From NCBI GenBank assembly GCA_045611765.1, contig JAZKXT010000004.1:68883-132882 (forward strand): DNA of 64,000 nt. The letters are read 5' to 3'. Made by a program: the position numbers and the translations under genes. Positions 27,192-38,900 of this stretch are shown one piece after another. Source of the stretch: Clostridia bacterium (GTDB lineage: Bacteria; Bacillota; Clostridia; TANB77; CAG-465). Under the pieces are notes generated by a model, which was not told the DNA's origin, ran no database searches, and was given only the letters and a program-made list of their open reading frames with translations. How positions within the stretch are numbered: position 1 is the first letter of the stretch; each line of letters starts with the position of its first letter.

Positions 27192-27205
27192 TTTATTTTA
27201 ATTTA

Positions 27206-27847
27206 TTATTCATTCACTACATATACTTTATATGCATTAATTCTTGCTGGATAAGATTCCATAATAGTTCCATCATAAAATATTTTTACTTTTTTCCCTA
27301 CCCCATATGAATAATCTATATAGTCATGTTTAAAACTAACTACTATTCTATCTGATGATTTTGCTTCACTTTCATTAGCATCTGGGCACACTATAATATA
27401 TGTTGTACTCTCTTCTATTACAGTTCCAATAAAGCTTTTAGTGTTAGTATCGTATTTTTTCTGAGTAATATATCTTATTTCCCATGCATCCAAATCTTTT
27501 AAAGTTATTCTACCTCTTGCTAAAGCTAATATAATATTTTCTTGTTCACCATTTACATATTTAACAATTATATCTTGGCTTTTAATACAATTGAAATAGT
27601 ATTCGTTATTATCATCTTCATATATTTTTTCTAATGCCTGCGCACAAGTATAATTATCCTCTTTAGTTCTATCTTCAACTTCCAGTATCTGATAACCATT
27701 TTCAGGTGGAGCATAGTCATAACCCCAAGTACTAAATATTACTTTTTTGTTATTCTTCATCATGTACGTATCTATAGCATACATTGCGTATACCATTATT
27801 ACAATGGCTATTAATATTCCTACTACTATGTTTACTTTCTTTTTCAT
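27206..27847 (-). CDS. hypothetical membrane-anchored protein
   Basis: Start at ATG 27847 (GGAGGGG RBS 9 nt upstream). Confidence 0.45.
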   Translation of the reverse strand: MKKKVNIVVGILIAIVIMVYAMYAIDTYMMKNNKKVIFSTWGYDYAPPENGYQILEVEDRTKEDNYTCAQALEKIYEDDNNEYYFNCIKSQDIIVKYVNGEQENIILALARGRITLKDLDAWEIRYITQKKYDTNTKSFIGTVIEESTTYIIVCPDANESEAKSSDRIVVSFKHDYIDYSYGVGKKVKIFYDGTIMESYPARINAYKVYVVNE

Positions 27848-27989
27848 TTGCACTCACCCCTCCTTAATACATTTACAATATATCACAAAGGAATGCAGCT
27901 TTCAATATTTTTTAGGCCATAAAATCACCTGGACAGTGGCCAAAAATAGCGCTTATCTATTTTATACAGATAAGCACTCTTGCTATTTA

Positions 27990-29717
27990 TTATTTTTTTA
28001 ACTCTTCGTGTCTTTTAATCTTCATTGTTGTTGTTTTAACAAAATCTTCTTTTTTAATCTCTAAATCCTTAATCCATTTAAAGCTTGAAAGCTTTTTATT
28101 TACTTCTTTTATTTCTGACCAAATTAAAGCATGCATTTCTTCATCTGAAGGTAAATCATTACCATACTTTTCTTTAAGATATGCTTCATCTAATGTAACT
28201 TTTACGGCTATAATTTGCTCCTTTTCGTCTCTTGGATCTTGAGTTGCATATACCATTGATTCATTTACATATGGTATTTTATTTACTAGTGTTTCTATTT
28301 CTTCAGGATAAACGTTCTTTCCATTACCAGTTATTATTAAGTTTTTGCATCTTCCAGTAAGATACAGATGACCATCTTTATCCATATATCCCAAATCACC
28401 TGAGTGGAACCATCCGTCTGTTATAGATTTGGCTGTTTCTTCTTCGTTTTCATAATATCCACCAGTTACATTTGTTCCTTTAATCCAAACTTCACCAATA
28501 CCTTCTTCATTTGGTTCGTGGATTTTAACTGTACAACATTTACCTGGTTTACCTACAGAACCAAATCTTCTATCTGTATCTGGAACTATTGTAGCAAGTG
28601 GTGATGTTTCTGTAAGACCATAACCTTGTAAGAAGATTATTCCAAAGCCTTCTATTTTATTACCAATTTCAGGGTCTATTGGAGCTGCTGCTGAAACTAT
28701 AAGTCTAATTTTTCCACCCAATCCATCTAATACAGATTTAAATACTTTTCGTTTTAATTTGAATCCAGGTTTACCTAATGCATTTGTTATTTTTATCATA
28801 GAGTTTACTAGTTTAGTTTTTCCTTGCTTCTCTATAGTGCCTAAAACCTTCTTCATTAGGTTTTCTATTAGTGCAGGCACTCCTAACATAACTGTAGGCT
28901 GAACGGCCTTTAAATCGCTTGCTATACTCTTTAAACCACCAGCATATCCTATAGATATTCCACAATATATTGGAATCATCATACCAACAGTTGATTCATA
29001 TGAATGATGCAGTGGTAGTACTGAGAAAAATCTGTCATCATTGTAAAGTGATACTTCGCTAATTGCCGCTTCTATATTTTCAATTATATTTTTATTTGTA
29101 AGCATGACACCTTTTGACTCAGCTGTTGTACCAGATGTAAATAGAAGTATCTTAAATTCTTCCGGGTCTATTGGAACTTCCATAAGAATTTTTTCATCGT
29201 ACTCACTTCCTATTTTCAACACTTCATCAAACGTATAGTCGTTTTTACCTTTGAATGTGTTTTCTAATTGGTTCTCCTCTGAATAAAGCTCTATATAATA
29301 CTTTAAGTCAGGCACTTCATTTCTTATGCTATTTATTAAATCTCTTTTTCTATTTGAGAAAAATATTGCTTTAGCTTTTGAACGTCTAACAAGGTTAGCT
29401 ATCTCACTTGCTGGCAACTCTTTATCTAGAGGTACAACAACTCCTGTTCCACAAACAACAGAATAGTATGAAACAGCCCATTCATAACTGTTTTCACCAA
29501 TTATGGCGATTCTTTCGCCTTTAAGTCCAAACTTCTCTATCAAAGCCGCACCCACATTTGTTACATCACGCCTAAACTCTTTATATGTTATCTCTCTAAA
29601 TTCTTTTTTGCCAGGTCTTTTTTCTAAAAAACCAACTTTATTTGGCACCTCTTTTGTTGTTATATCAAAAGAATCTCTTATTAATTTTAAATTTTTAAGA
29701 ATTACTCTTTCTCCCAT
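27990..29717 (-). CDS. AMP-dependent synthetase/ligase (long-chain acyl-CoA synthetase-like)
   Basis: AMP-binding motifs TSGTTAESKGV, YGLTE, GWFHSGD. Confidence 0.8.
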   Translation of the reverse strand: MGERVILKNLKLIRDSFDITTKEVPNKVGFLEKRPGKKEFREITYKEFRRDVTNVGAALIEKFGLKGERIAIIGENSYEWAVSYYSVVCGTGVVVPLDKELPASEIANLVRRSKAKAIFFSNRKRDLINSIRNEVPDLKYYIELYSEENQLENTFKGKNDYTFDEVLKIGSEYDEKILMEVPIDPEEFKILLFTSGTTAESKGVMLTNKNIIENIEAAISEVSLYNDDRFFSVLPLHHSYESTVGMMIPIYCGISIGYAGGLKSIASDLKAVQPTVMLGVPALIENLMKKVLGTIEKQGKTKLVNSMIKITNALGKPGFKLKRKVFKSVLDGLGGKIRLIVSAAAPIDPEIGNKIEGFGIIFLQGYGLTETSPLATIVPDTDRRFGSVGKPGKCCTVKIHEPNEEGIGEVWIKGTNVTGGYYENEEETAKSITDGWFHSGDLGYMDKDGHLYLTGRCKNLIITGNGKNVYPEEIETLVNKIPYVNESMVYATQDPRDEKEQIIAVKVTLDEAYLKEKYGNDLPSDEEMHALIWSEIKEVNKKLSSFKWIKDLEIKKEDFVKTTTMKIKRHEELKK

Positions 29718-29722
29718 TATAA

Positions 29723-31426
29723 TTACTCTCCCTTTTTATTGCTGTCTAGGAATCTTTTTATCTTCATAGTGGTAGTCTTTGCAAAGTCTGTAGTTCTAAT
29801 TTTTAGATTCTTAACAGCTTTATATGATACCATTTTTTTATTTAATCCTTTTATTTTCTCCCATATGATTTCTTTAAGTTTAGCAATATCCGGAACGTTT
29901 TTGCCGTATTGTTCTTTCAAATACTCTTCATCTAAAGTTACAACAGCCGAAAGCACTGTGTCGTCTTTTGTCTCTTCTCCAAACACAAGACATTCTTTTA
30001 TTTCAGGGAATTTGTTTATTTCATCTTCAATTTCCTCTGGGAATATATTTTTACCATTTGGAGTAACTATAACAGACTTGCATCTTCCTGTTATAATTAG
30101 GTTGCCTTTTTCATCTAAACGGCCTAAGTCTCCTGTATGGAACCAACCATCAACTAAAACTTCACTAGTTGCAACTTCATCCTCGAAGTAACCAAGCATT
30201 ACATTATTACCACGAACTAGTATTTCTCCTATACCTTTTTCGTCTGTGTTGTCCAGTTTTATTTCACAGTTTGAAGCAAATCCAACTGTACCTGCAACTC
30301 TATTTTTTTCAGGCGTTCCTGCAACAACTGGTGCTGTCTCGCTTAATCCATAACCTTGCAATACATTAATTCCAAAAGCCTCAAAATTTGTTACAAGCTC
30401 TTTTGGAACTGGCGCTGCAGATACAAGCACTGTTCTAAGTCTTCCACCCAAAGCTGAATGTATTTGCTTAAATACTACTTTCTTTAATTTGTATCCGACT
30501 GCTCCCAAACCGTCTGTAAGTTTAGTCATTTTATTAACTAATTCTTCTTTTCCTTGTGCTCGTATAGTTTTACTAATTTTATTATACATATGCTCTAAAA
30601 GAAGAGGTACTCCAACTATTATACTTGGCTTTGTTTCTTGTAATTCTTGAGAAACATACTTAAGCCCTGTACATATTGCAACAGACGCTCCATTAACTAA
30701 TGGATACATGCTTCCTACAATACTTTCATATATATGATGCATTGGAAGCACAGAGAAAAATCTATCTTTAGGATATACTTTTAGTAGTCCTGGTGCCCCC
30801 TCAAGAACGGATATGACATTCTTGTGAGATAGCATAACACCTTTAGACTGCGCTGTTGTTCCTGATGTAAAAAGTAGTATTTTGAAATCATTTTCAGAAT
30901 ACTCATAATCCATATATGAAGTATCTCCTTCAGCTATATACTTTCTGCCTTCCTCTATTACCTGATTAAATGATAAAGACTGTTCATCGCTTTGTTCTTT
31001 GTCCATATTAATAAATATAATGTCTTTGCTTACTTTTTTCTTAATTTCAAATATAACATCTTCTTTTTTAGAAGAATAAATTATACAACCTGCTTTTGAC
31101 CTATTAAGTAAGTTTTCAATTTCGTTTGCTGGAAGTTCTTTATCTAGTGGCACAACAATACCCACACCAGTTGTTGATGCTAAATATGACACATACCACT
31201 TATAGCTGTTTTCACCTATAACAGCCACTCTTTTCCCCTGCAACTTATACTTTTTAACTAATGTTGTTGCAAGTGCCATTGTATCTTCTTTAAGCTTTTC
31301 ATAAGTTATTTCTTCAAACTTTTTAGTTACTTTATTTTTTTCTAAAAAAGCTATATTTGAAGAATACTGTTCACATTTTTTGACAATAATGTCTTTTAAT
31401 GTTTTAAGTTCTCCTACTTTTAGCAT
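29723..31426 (-). CDS. AMP-dependent synthetase/ligase, tandem paralog
   Basis: TSGTTAQSKGV, YGLSE, GWFHTGD. Start at the second ATG (GGAGG RBS). Confidence 0.8.
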   Translation of the reverse strand: MLKVGELKTLKDIIVKKCEQYSSNIAFLEKNKVTKKFEEITYEKLKEDTMALATTLVKKYKLQGKRVAVIGENSYKWYVSYLASTTGVGIVVPLDKELPANEIENLLNRSKAGCIIYSSKKEDVIFEIKKKVSKDIIFINMDKEQSDEQSLSFNQVIEEGRKYIAEGDTSYMDYEYSENDFKILLFTSGTTAQSKGVMLSHKNVISVLEGAPGLLKVYPKDRFFSVLPMHHIYESIVGSMYPLVNGASVAICTGLKYVSQELQETKPSIIVGVPLLLEHMYNKISKTIRAQGKEELVNKMTKLTDGLGAVGYKLKKVVFKQIHSALGGRLRTVLVSAAPVPKELVTNFEAFGINVLQGYGLSETAPVVAGTPEKNRVAGTVGFASNCEIKLDNTDEKGIGEILVRGNNVMLGYFEDEVATSEVLVDGWFHTGDLGRLDEKGNLIITGRCKSVIVTPNGKNIFPEEIEDEINKFPEIKECLVFGEETKDDTVLSAVVTLDEEYLKEQYGKNVPDIAKLKEIIWEKIKGLNKKMVSYKAVKNLKIRTTDFAKTTTMKIKRFLDSNKKGE

Positions 31427-31585
31427 ATTAACCTCCATATAATTGTTACCTGGTAATAATTATATTATAATATTGAGTATTTGTCAAATAAATTATAATT
31501 ATTTATAATTTATATTATTTGTAGTAAATATATAAAATAGACAAAAGAACACGATGTTTCTTTTGTCTACCTAATACTTAATATT

Positions 31586-32695
31586 TTATTCCTCCGATAC
31601 TTTTTTCACATTTTTCTTCTTATCTTTTCTATATACAAAAAGACTTTTAAAGTATCCCGCTTGAAACATTGTTTCAAATACGTTTTTAAATATTACCATT
31701 ACTACCGGACCTACGATTAATCCAAATAATCCAAATATTTTTAATCCTATATACATCGCAACCAATGTTATAAATGGATGTACTCCAATATTTTGACTTA
31801 CTACTCTTGGTTCAAGAAGTTGTCTTACTACTGTTATTACTAAATATACCACAAGTATAGATATTCCAAATCCAATGTTTCCTGTTATTGCAGAATATAC
31901 TGCCCAAGGAAGAAGGATTGTTCCTGTTCCGAGGATTGGTAGTGCATCAACTACCGCTACTATTAGCGCTAAAGTCAATGGGTATGGTTGTTTTAATATT
32001 ATAAACGCAATTAGTAATTCTACGAATGTTATACATATCATAATACACATTGCCTTTAAGTAACTACCAAGCGATTTTAAACTTTTAACAACTACGTTAG
32101 ATATTTTATTTACAAGTTCATTTGGAAACAAGTCTGTTAAATATCTTGTTATTGTCCTTCTATCTGTTACTAAGAATAACGTTGCTAAGAATGTTATTAT
32201 TACATATATAATAATATTAGGAACAAGCATTATAAAATCTATTACACTATTTACTAATGTTGTTGCAAGATCCGTAACTTTACTAAGCAGTTTTAATCCT
32301 AAGTCATATATTGATTTAGACATTGTCTCTGGAACGTTGTTCATAAAATCTTCTATGCTTCTATATATTGCATTATATTCAATTTTAGATTCTTCATATA
32401 ATGTGGGTATTCTACCACTTATTTCTACAGCCTCACTAACAAGTGCTGTAATAACTAGTGCAAAAACACATCCAATTAACAAATAAACTAAAATAACTAA
32501 TATGGTTCCTACTAATTTTCTAGGCCATTTGAACTTAACTATAAAAAAATTAACTAATCTTTCTACCGCCGAAGCAATCAGTATTCCTATTAAGAACGGC
32601 CAAAAATATATTCCTAGTCCTATAGCAAGTAGCACTGTAGCACATACTGCTAAGAACCCTAAAAGCTTTAATCCTGTCTTTTTATAATCTATCAT
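31586..32695 (-). CDS. AI-2E family transporter (YtvI-like sporulation integral membrane protein)
   Basis: 369 aa, 8 TM helices, typical AI-2E/PerM architecture. Confidence 0.65.
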   Translation of the reverse strand: MIDYKKTGLKLLGFLAVCATVLLAIGLGIYFWPFLIGILIASAVERLVNFFIVKFKWPRKLVGTILVILVYLLIGCVFALVITALVSEAVEISGRIPTLYEESKIEYNAIYRSIEDFMNNVPETMSKSIYDLGLKLLSKVTDLATTLVNSVIDFIMLVPNIIIYVIITFLATLFLVTDRRTITRYLTDLFPNELVNKISNVVVKSLKSLGSYLKAMCIMICITFVELLIAFIILKQPYPLTLALIVAVVDALPILGTGTILLPWAVYSAITGNIGFGISILVVYLVITVVRQLLEPRVVSQNIGVHPFITLVAMYIGLKIFGLFGLIVGPVVMVIFKNVFETMFQAGYFKSLFVYRKDKKKNVKKVSEE

Positions 32696-32879
32696 ATGTT
32701 CACCTCTAAATTATTATATATTTAATAACATGAATTGTCAAATGTATCTCCTTTTTTTGACAATTTATGTTATAAGAAACATTACTTCTATTCACTCCTA
32801 TCGTCAAAATTTACTATTAATTTTTTATACCATGATATTTTACCCACTATATTTATGTGATAAGTATATTCTACAAACT

Positions 32880-32909
32880 AATAGAGGTAACCTTATTGTT
32901 ACCTCTATT
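32880..32909. terminator. terminator (AATAGAGGTAAC-cttatt-GTTACCTCTATT) at the 3' end of the large operon
   Basis: 12-bp perfect stem seen directly, 14 nt after the giant gene's stop. Confidence 0.5.
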
Positions 32910-32922
32910 CTTAACATATTTA

Positions 32923-35900
32923 TTAGTCAAAATCTGTTGCAGCTCTTGAGTCTAAGTCATATAACATTACTGTTCCTTTTACTTCATTGTATACTGTATC
33001 TGATGTTATATTCCATACGCCGCCTTCAAGTCTTAATGAAACATCGTTATTCGATGTTACAGCTTTTCCATAATTCGAATAACCCATAAATCCTTCATAA
33101 TCCCATTGACTTGTGTTTGCCTTTCCAGCTTGAGTATCTTTAGAATAAGATAAGTCTATTCCATTTGAGCTAGCTATTATATCAAAGACCACTCCTATGT
33201 AACCATTTGTTAATGGTTTATTTATATCATAGTTGCCATTCTTATCTACTTTTACCGCAATTGTTGAGTTAGGTAGTTTATATTCTCCATAATATGTTAT
33301 TACAGAATCGTTTGCATTTGGAGTCGCCATTTTATACGTTAACTCTATCGTTCTTAAGTGACCTATATTTATAGATGATTTAGAAAAATGATCTGTTACT
33401 TCATCTTGTATATATCTATATCCATCATTTGGTGTAAAGTTTATATTATAACCTCCACCATCATTGTCTATTCTTACATACTTGCCATTGCTTGCTTTAT
33501 AGAATAAATATATTCCTTCACTCTTATTAGAACTATCATATTCTTTCAAATATGTTTTTCCGTCTTTTGAAATATAGTAAAATCTTGTGTTTATCGTTAC
33601 TTGCTTTTCATTATTTGCTGAATCACCTTTATAATATGATCCAGTAACGTTCATATCAAAACTAAATCTATATCCCATCTTAGGAGCATTTATGTATGTA
33701 TTATCCGTATTTTTATATGGTCCTATAGGAAGTGTTCTAAGAGGATTTCTTCCGATTTCAGTAAGTGTCCTTGGTACTATTTCATTAGTTTGAGTTGATT
33801 CCTTCTTCCATTTTGTAATACCAGAATAATATACTGTCCCATTATGAACGTTTACTTTACTAGACGTATTAGTTCTAAATACACTCTTCCAGTTTACATC
33901 TTTTACATCTGTCACTTTAAATCCATATATCCTATTTAATATTAATATTTTATTTTGGTTTTGTTCTGCAAAATAACTTGGATGTTCACAGATGTTCTCT
34001 ACATCTTCTTTCATCTCATTGGCAAGTTCTTCTATCGCTTTATATCGTGTTGATTCACTTAACATTAATGATGTTGAATTATATGCCGTTGCTCTTACAT
34101 GATATTGAACCTCTCCTTCAGAAAGCGGAGATACATCTAGCTCATCCACTGCCCCGTATGCCTGCGCTGTAACTTTACCTATGCCACTTGCATTTCGCTT
34201 CACTCTTATCCACGTTCCAGCTATTACTTTTCCACCACCATTATATACTCTATCATTTATAAATACCTTGTGTACATCAAAATCAAATTTGATATAATAT
34301 GGAGAACTATAAGATGATGTTGCTCCATAGTCAGTTGTATCATTTAATCCATAAACATTATTCTTTGTCACATCACCAAATGTTAGTGTTTTTGACATGT
34401 TGTTAATTGTTATTGTAAATGGAACATTTGATTGAACTAGCCCGTTTCCTTCATTTTTTGTAGATTGGTCAACTATATTATTTGAAGTAGTTTCGAATGC
34501 AGAATTTACCGTTATTGGTGTATATATATTTATAGGATCAACATATTCATATCTAGGATTATCCACAGTAGGCTCATTATTTATTTGATATTTCTGTATT
34601 AAATTAGTGTGAGTCCTATAAAAACTTGAATCCTTATACTCATCAGATATAGATGGATAATATACTGTATCTTTAATTCCCGTAATATCCGAATAACCAA
34701 TTCCCATTAAATCTTTTAAAGTATATTTTACTTCTCCTGCTAAAACTCTAACTCCATTTAATATATTATAGTGAATATGTCCTCTGGCCTCTACATAGTC
34801 TTGCTCACCTATTCCCGTCTCATAATATTCTTTAGGTATTTTAATAGGGGTTGTTTTTACTTCTATTTTTCCTTCAGGATTATCTATATCTGTTAATAAT
34901 TCTGCTATTTTATATGTTTTCTCAACTTTATTGTTAGGCTGAGCACTATTTAAAAGTATATCATCGACTTGAACATCCATGTTTTGTACTCTCAATTTAA
35001 ATGTTATATCATAGGTCGAAGCCACATCGGCATTGTTATCTGTTTCTGATTGACCATACATAAACATATACTCATCATAACGTACCTTGCCTGTTGGATA
35101 ATTCTCAATCATCCACTCCCATTCTTCATTCCACTCCGAATATTGTGTAAGCGCCTCCCCTACTTCTTCGTTAAGAACAATATACTTAGCAATATTCACA
35201 AGGAAAGAAAGTTCTTTATCTATCTCTTTTTCTATATTTCCCAATGCAGTATCTATGTTTTTCATTTGGGAATATATAGCTGTAATCTGGGCATTTCTCT
35301 TCGAAACATAGTCATCAGTAGTTCCTGCACAGTAGCCTTGCCATGCGTAAATTAAATTGTCGTCATCCCAACATTTAGCTCCTTCGTGGCTATTAGCTGC
35401 ATTAACTTCGTTTGTTAACTTAGTTTTATAATTTAATATTGAACCTTCTTTACTCCAACTGTATATAACTCTACTATAACCATTAAGCGCCACTGCAACA
35501 GACTCCAATGAAAATTCTATACTCTTTGTTACACCATCAGGTTTAATAACTAGTTTGCTACCAGTAGAGTTATAATACGTTTTTATTGGATTATCGTATC
35601 CACCTAATTTATCGGCGCCTTTCATAAATGAAATATAACTATTTGTCTTATTAACAAGATATTGAGCTGTATCACGCGCTTCCTTCCACGTTGTATATGA
35701 TGTTCCTATATTCAAACTGTCATAACACTGACCAACATAAATATTCAGTCCACCAGCAAACCATTTCTTCTCACATTTCAAATTTTTAAATGAGTCTGTA
35801 ATATTATCATTTAACAATTTTCTAGTGTCACTAACTGCATTTTTTAATTCTGTTAATTTTTCTTTTATCTCAGCTTCATTGGCTAGTGCTTCTTCCCAAG

Positions 35901-38900
35901 AAATTTTAGTACTAATTTCTATCTCATCTTTTAGGTCTTCAAGTTCTTGTTTTTTTGCATCCCATAAATCCTTTGCCTTTTTACGTTCTAATCTAACGTA
36001 TTCTACATCATCTTTATTTATTACGCCATTACTATTAGCGTCTAACTTTTTAGCATCATATTCATAATTAATTGTATGGAATGATGAGTCTGCCCAATTA
36101 TATGACGAGATTTTAACAGAATAGCTATTATCTGCCTTATCCGGATCCGGATTTGCTCCATTCCAACTCCCCTCATTAACATATTTAGCGCTATATGTTC
36201 TGTCTGTATAATTGCTTTCAATATCTATAGTATTTTTAGTGATTTCTCTTCCTTCCAATCCTGTCATTAACAATGTAGGGGTCTTGAAAACCGTCAATGT
36301 TTTTTTATTTTTTTCCCAGTTATATAAACTACTACCAACTGTAACTGCATCTATTGCTCCAGCATCATATAACGTTGCTTTATTAATGCTATATGCAGAT
36401 ATTTCTGTTACTTTATCATAACCAATTACTGTTGGATGATTAAAAGAAAATTGTATATCTTCAGACACAGGCTCGCCGCCAGCAATTGGACGTGTTCCTG
36501 ATACTAATATATCGTATACTATAGGGGTTTCATTTGTTGTGTATTGTGTTGTAACCGCTCCTAAGATAGCACGTGGTAACTTACTAGTTCCCGATTTTAC
36601 TATTGATACTGTACTATCATGACCAGACGGCATCGAGTATGTAGAATAAGATGATTCTCCTTTATACGTATCATCATAACAAGTCGTATTCGGAGTAGTA
36701 GAATCTGATACATCTACTGTCACCTTACCACCAATTACAGGAGTAGGTTCTGTTTTAATCGTCTCATCCTTATAATAATAGAACCAAACTTCTCTAACAG
36801 ATGCGTAATCCTCATTCAACTTAACCTCTACACCATTAGTAGAATCTTTTTCGTTATTCGCAATTCTTGTAATGTCTGACCTTGATGTATATGCATCACT
36901 CCACCTTCCATCTGTCCCCTCAGACAAATCATAGCCTTTATATACTATTCCATTTTTTATTTCTACAGGCTTAACAACCAAGTGTTCATTTGTCTTCATA
37001 CTTATTGGATATACTTCTTTTGTAAATTGATCGTTATTCATTCTCTCTATATCAACTCTATACGTTGGAGTAATAATGTCCCACCAAGCAGATGGTCTTA
37101 TTTCTATTTGAGCTTTAGAATTAGGAACTATGCCTGTTTTATCCGATTCAGGTACTAAAGTAAAGTCTGTTACATCATCATCACCGTTATCCTTAATATA
37201 ACGGTGATATACTGTTACCTCACCAGCATAATCTGAATAATACAAGTCTATCATGTATACTTTATTCTCAGACATTAACATTTCCGAATCGTCTTCATAT
37301 TCGGCATCCCATAAACTTAATTCGGTTACTTCATCTGGGCCCCAATCTTCTGGTGACCATTTTTCATATTTTCCTTTACGTATTCTAAATTCAAGTTGCT
37401 TTAATGCAGTATCATAATCTAACGCTGCTACAATATTAAATCCTATTAAATTTGTTTCAGGATATTTAACATCTTTAATGCTTAATGGGAAATCATAATA
37501 TTTTACACCAGAATATATTTCTGTAAAAGTTCTTCCATTTTCTGTAACTGTACCTGTAGTGTCATTATCTGGTACTGAGTTTAATACATTTCTATCATAA
37601 TCTAAAATTTCACCTAATTTATCTTGCAATGTACCCGTTACTGTGTCACTACATCTATCTGTACAACCTTGCGTTTTGGCTTCATCTAACGCACCTAAAA
37701 TACCACCTACACACGTATTAATGCAACTATTTCTATCCCAACTCCAATCATTGTTGATAGCCATTACGCTATCATTATTAACTAACTCTGTAGATATAAC
37801 ATTGTTAGTTCCAAGGTCAATATGTCTTACATATATTTTAGCATCAGATAGTTGTGGGAATAACAATTCGTTATCATATAAGTTAGCAACAGAGCCTAAC
37901 GCTAGAGAATATTCTTGTGGTTCAGTTCCATACAAGCTAACACTCCAGAATTTATTAGTAGCTGTTACTTTATTTTTGTCATCAAAAAACTCTCTTACTG
38001 TTCTAGATGCTATATATTTATTATCATAATTTTTAGATATTAACACCTGCGATATCATACAACCGTCTTCTTGTTCAGCAACAACCGCTGCATCAACAAA
38101 ATCCCCAACTATATTAGATGGTAGCACGTGATCGTCTACTATTACATTTCCTATTGTTGTTCCGTTATAATTATCATCTAGGTGTATCATGGCGCTTCTA
38201 AATATTGTTTGTTGAGATTCTTTTTTGTTTACTTTAAATGTTCTTTTTTCTTCATTATCTATATATCCACCAATTCTAGATACTGTATAAAATACATTAT
38301 CTGGTTTATCTTGAAAGCGTGCAAAATCATATTTGCTTGTATAAGATGGATATGAATGGAATAAGTTAACTGTTAACGACCCCAGCTCATCTTCAGGATC
38401 ATAATCTGCCCAATCATATACCTCGTCGTTATTTACGTCATATTGCTTCAATGACGAACTTTCACCAACATCGGTATAGTTAAGAGTATTAAATCCAATA
38501 GCCCCAACCCCAACCTTGTCAGCTGAATCTTCAATTTTTGCATATTCACTTAAATAATAATCTTTATGAAATATATATTGTGCTGTTACAAAAGTATTTA
38601 CAGCGGGCAATGGTACTGATGTACTTTCAACAACCCACTTAGAATCATACATTTTTCCGCCATACTCATATTGATAATAGTCACCATTTTTATCTAATTC
38701 ACGAACTAGCATATATCCTGACTTCTTATGATATTTTTTTACCGTTCCTGAATATGGAGTTGTAAATGTTCTAAATATCAATTCGTATGCGTCATCACCA
38801 TCGATATCTGTTTTCCATAAGTGATTAATTAAACCAACTCCAAGCACTTGATTAATATTAAAGAAGATTACACATAAAAACATTATGCTACATATAGTTA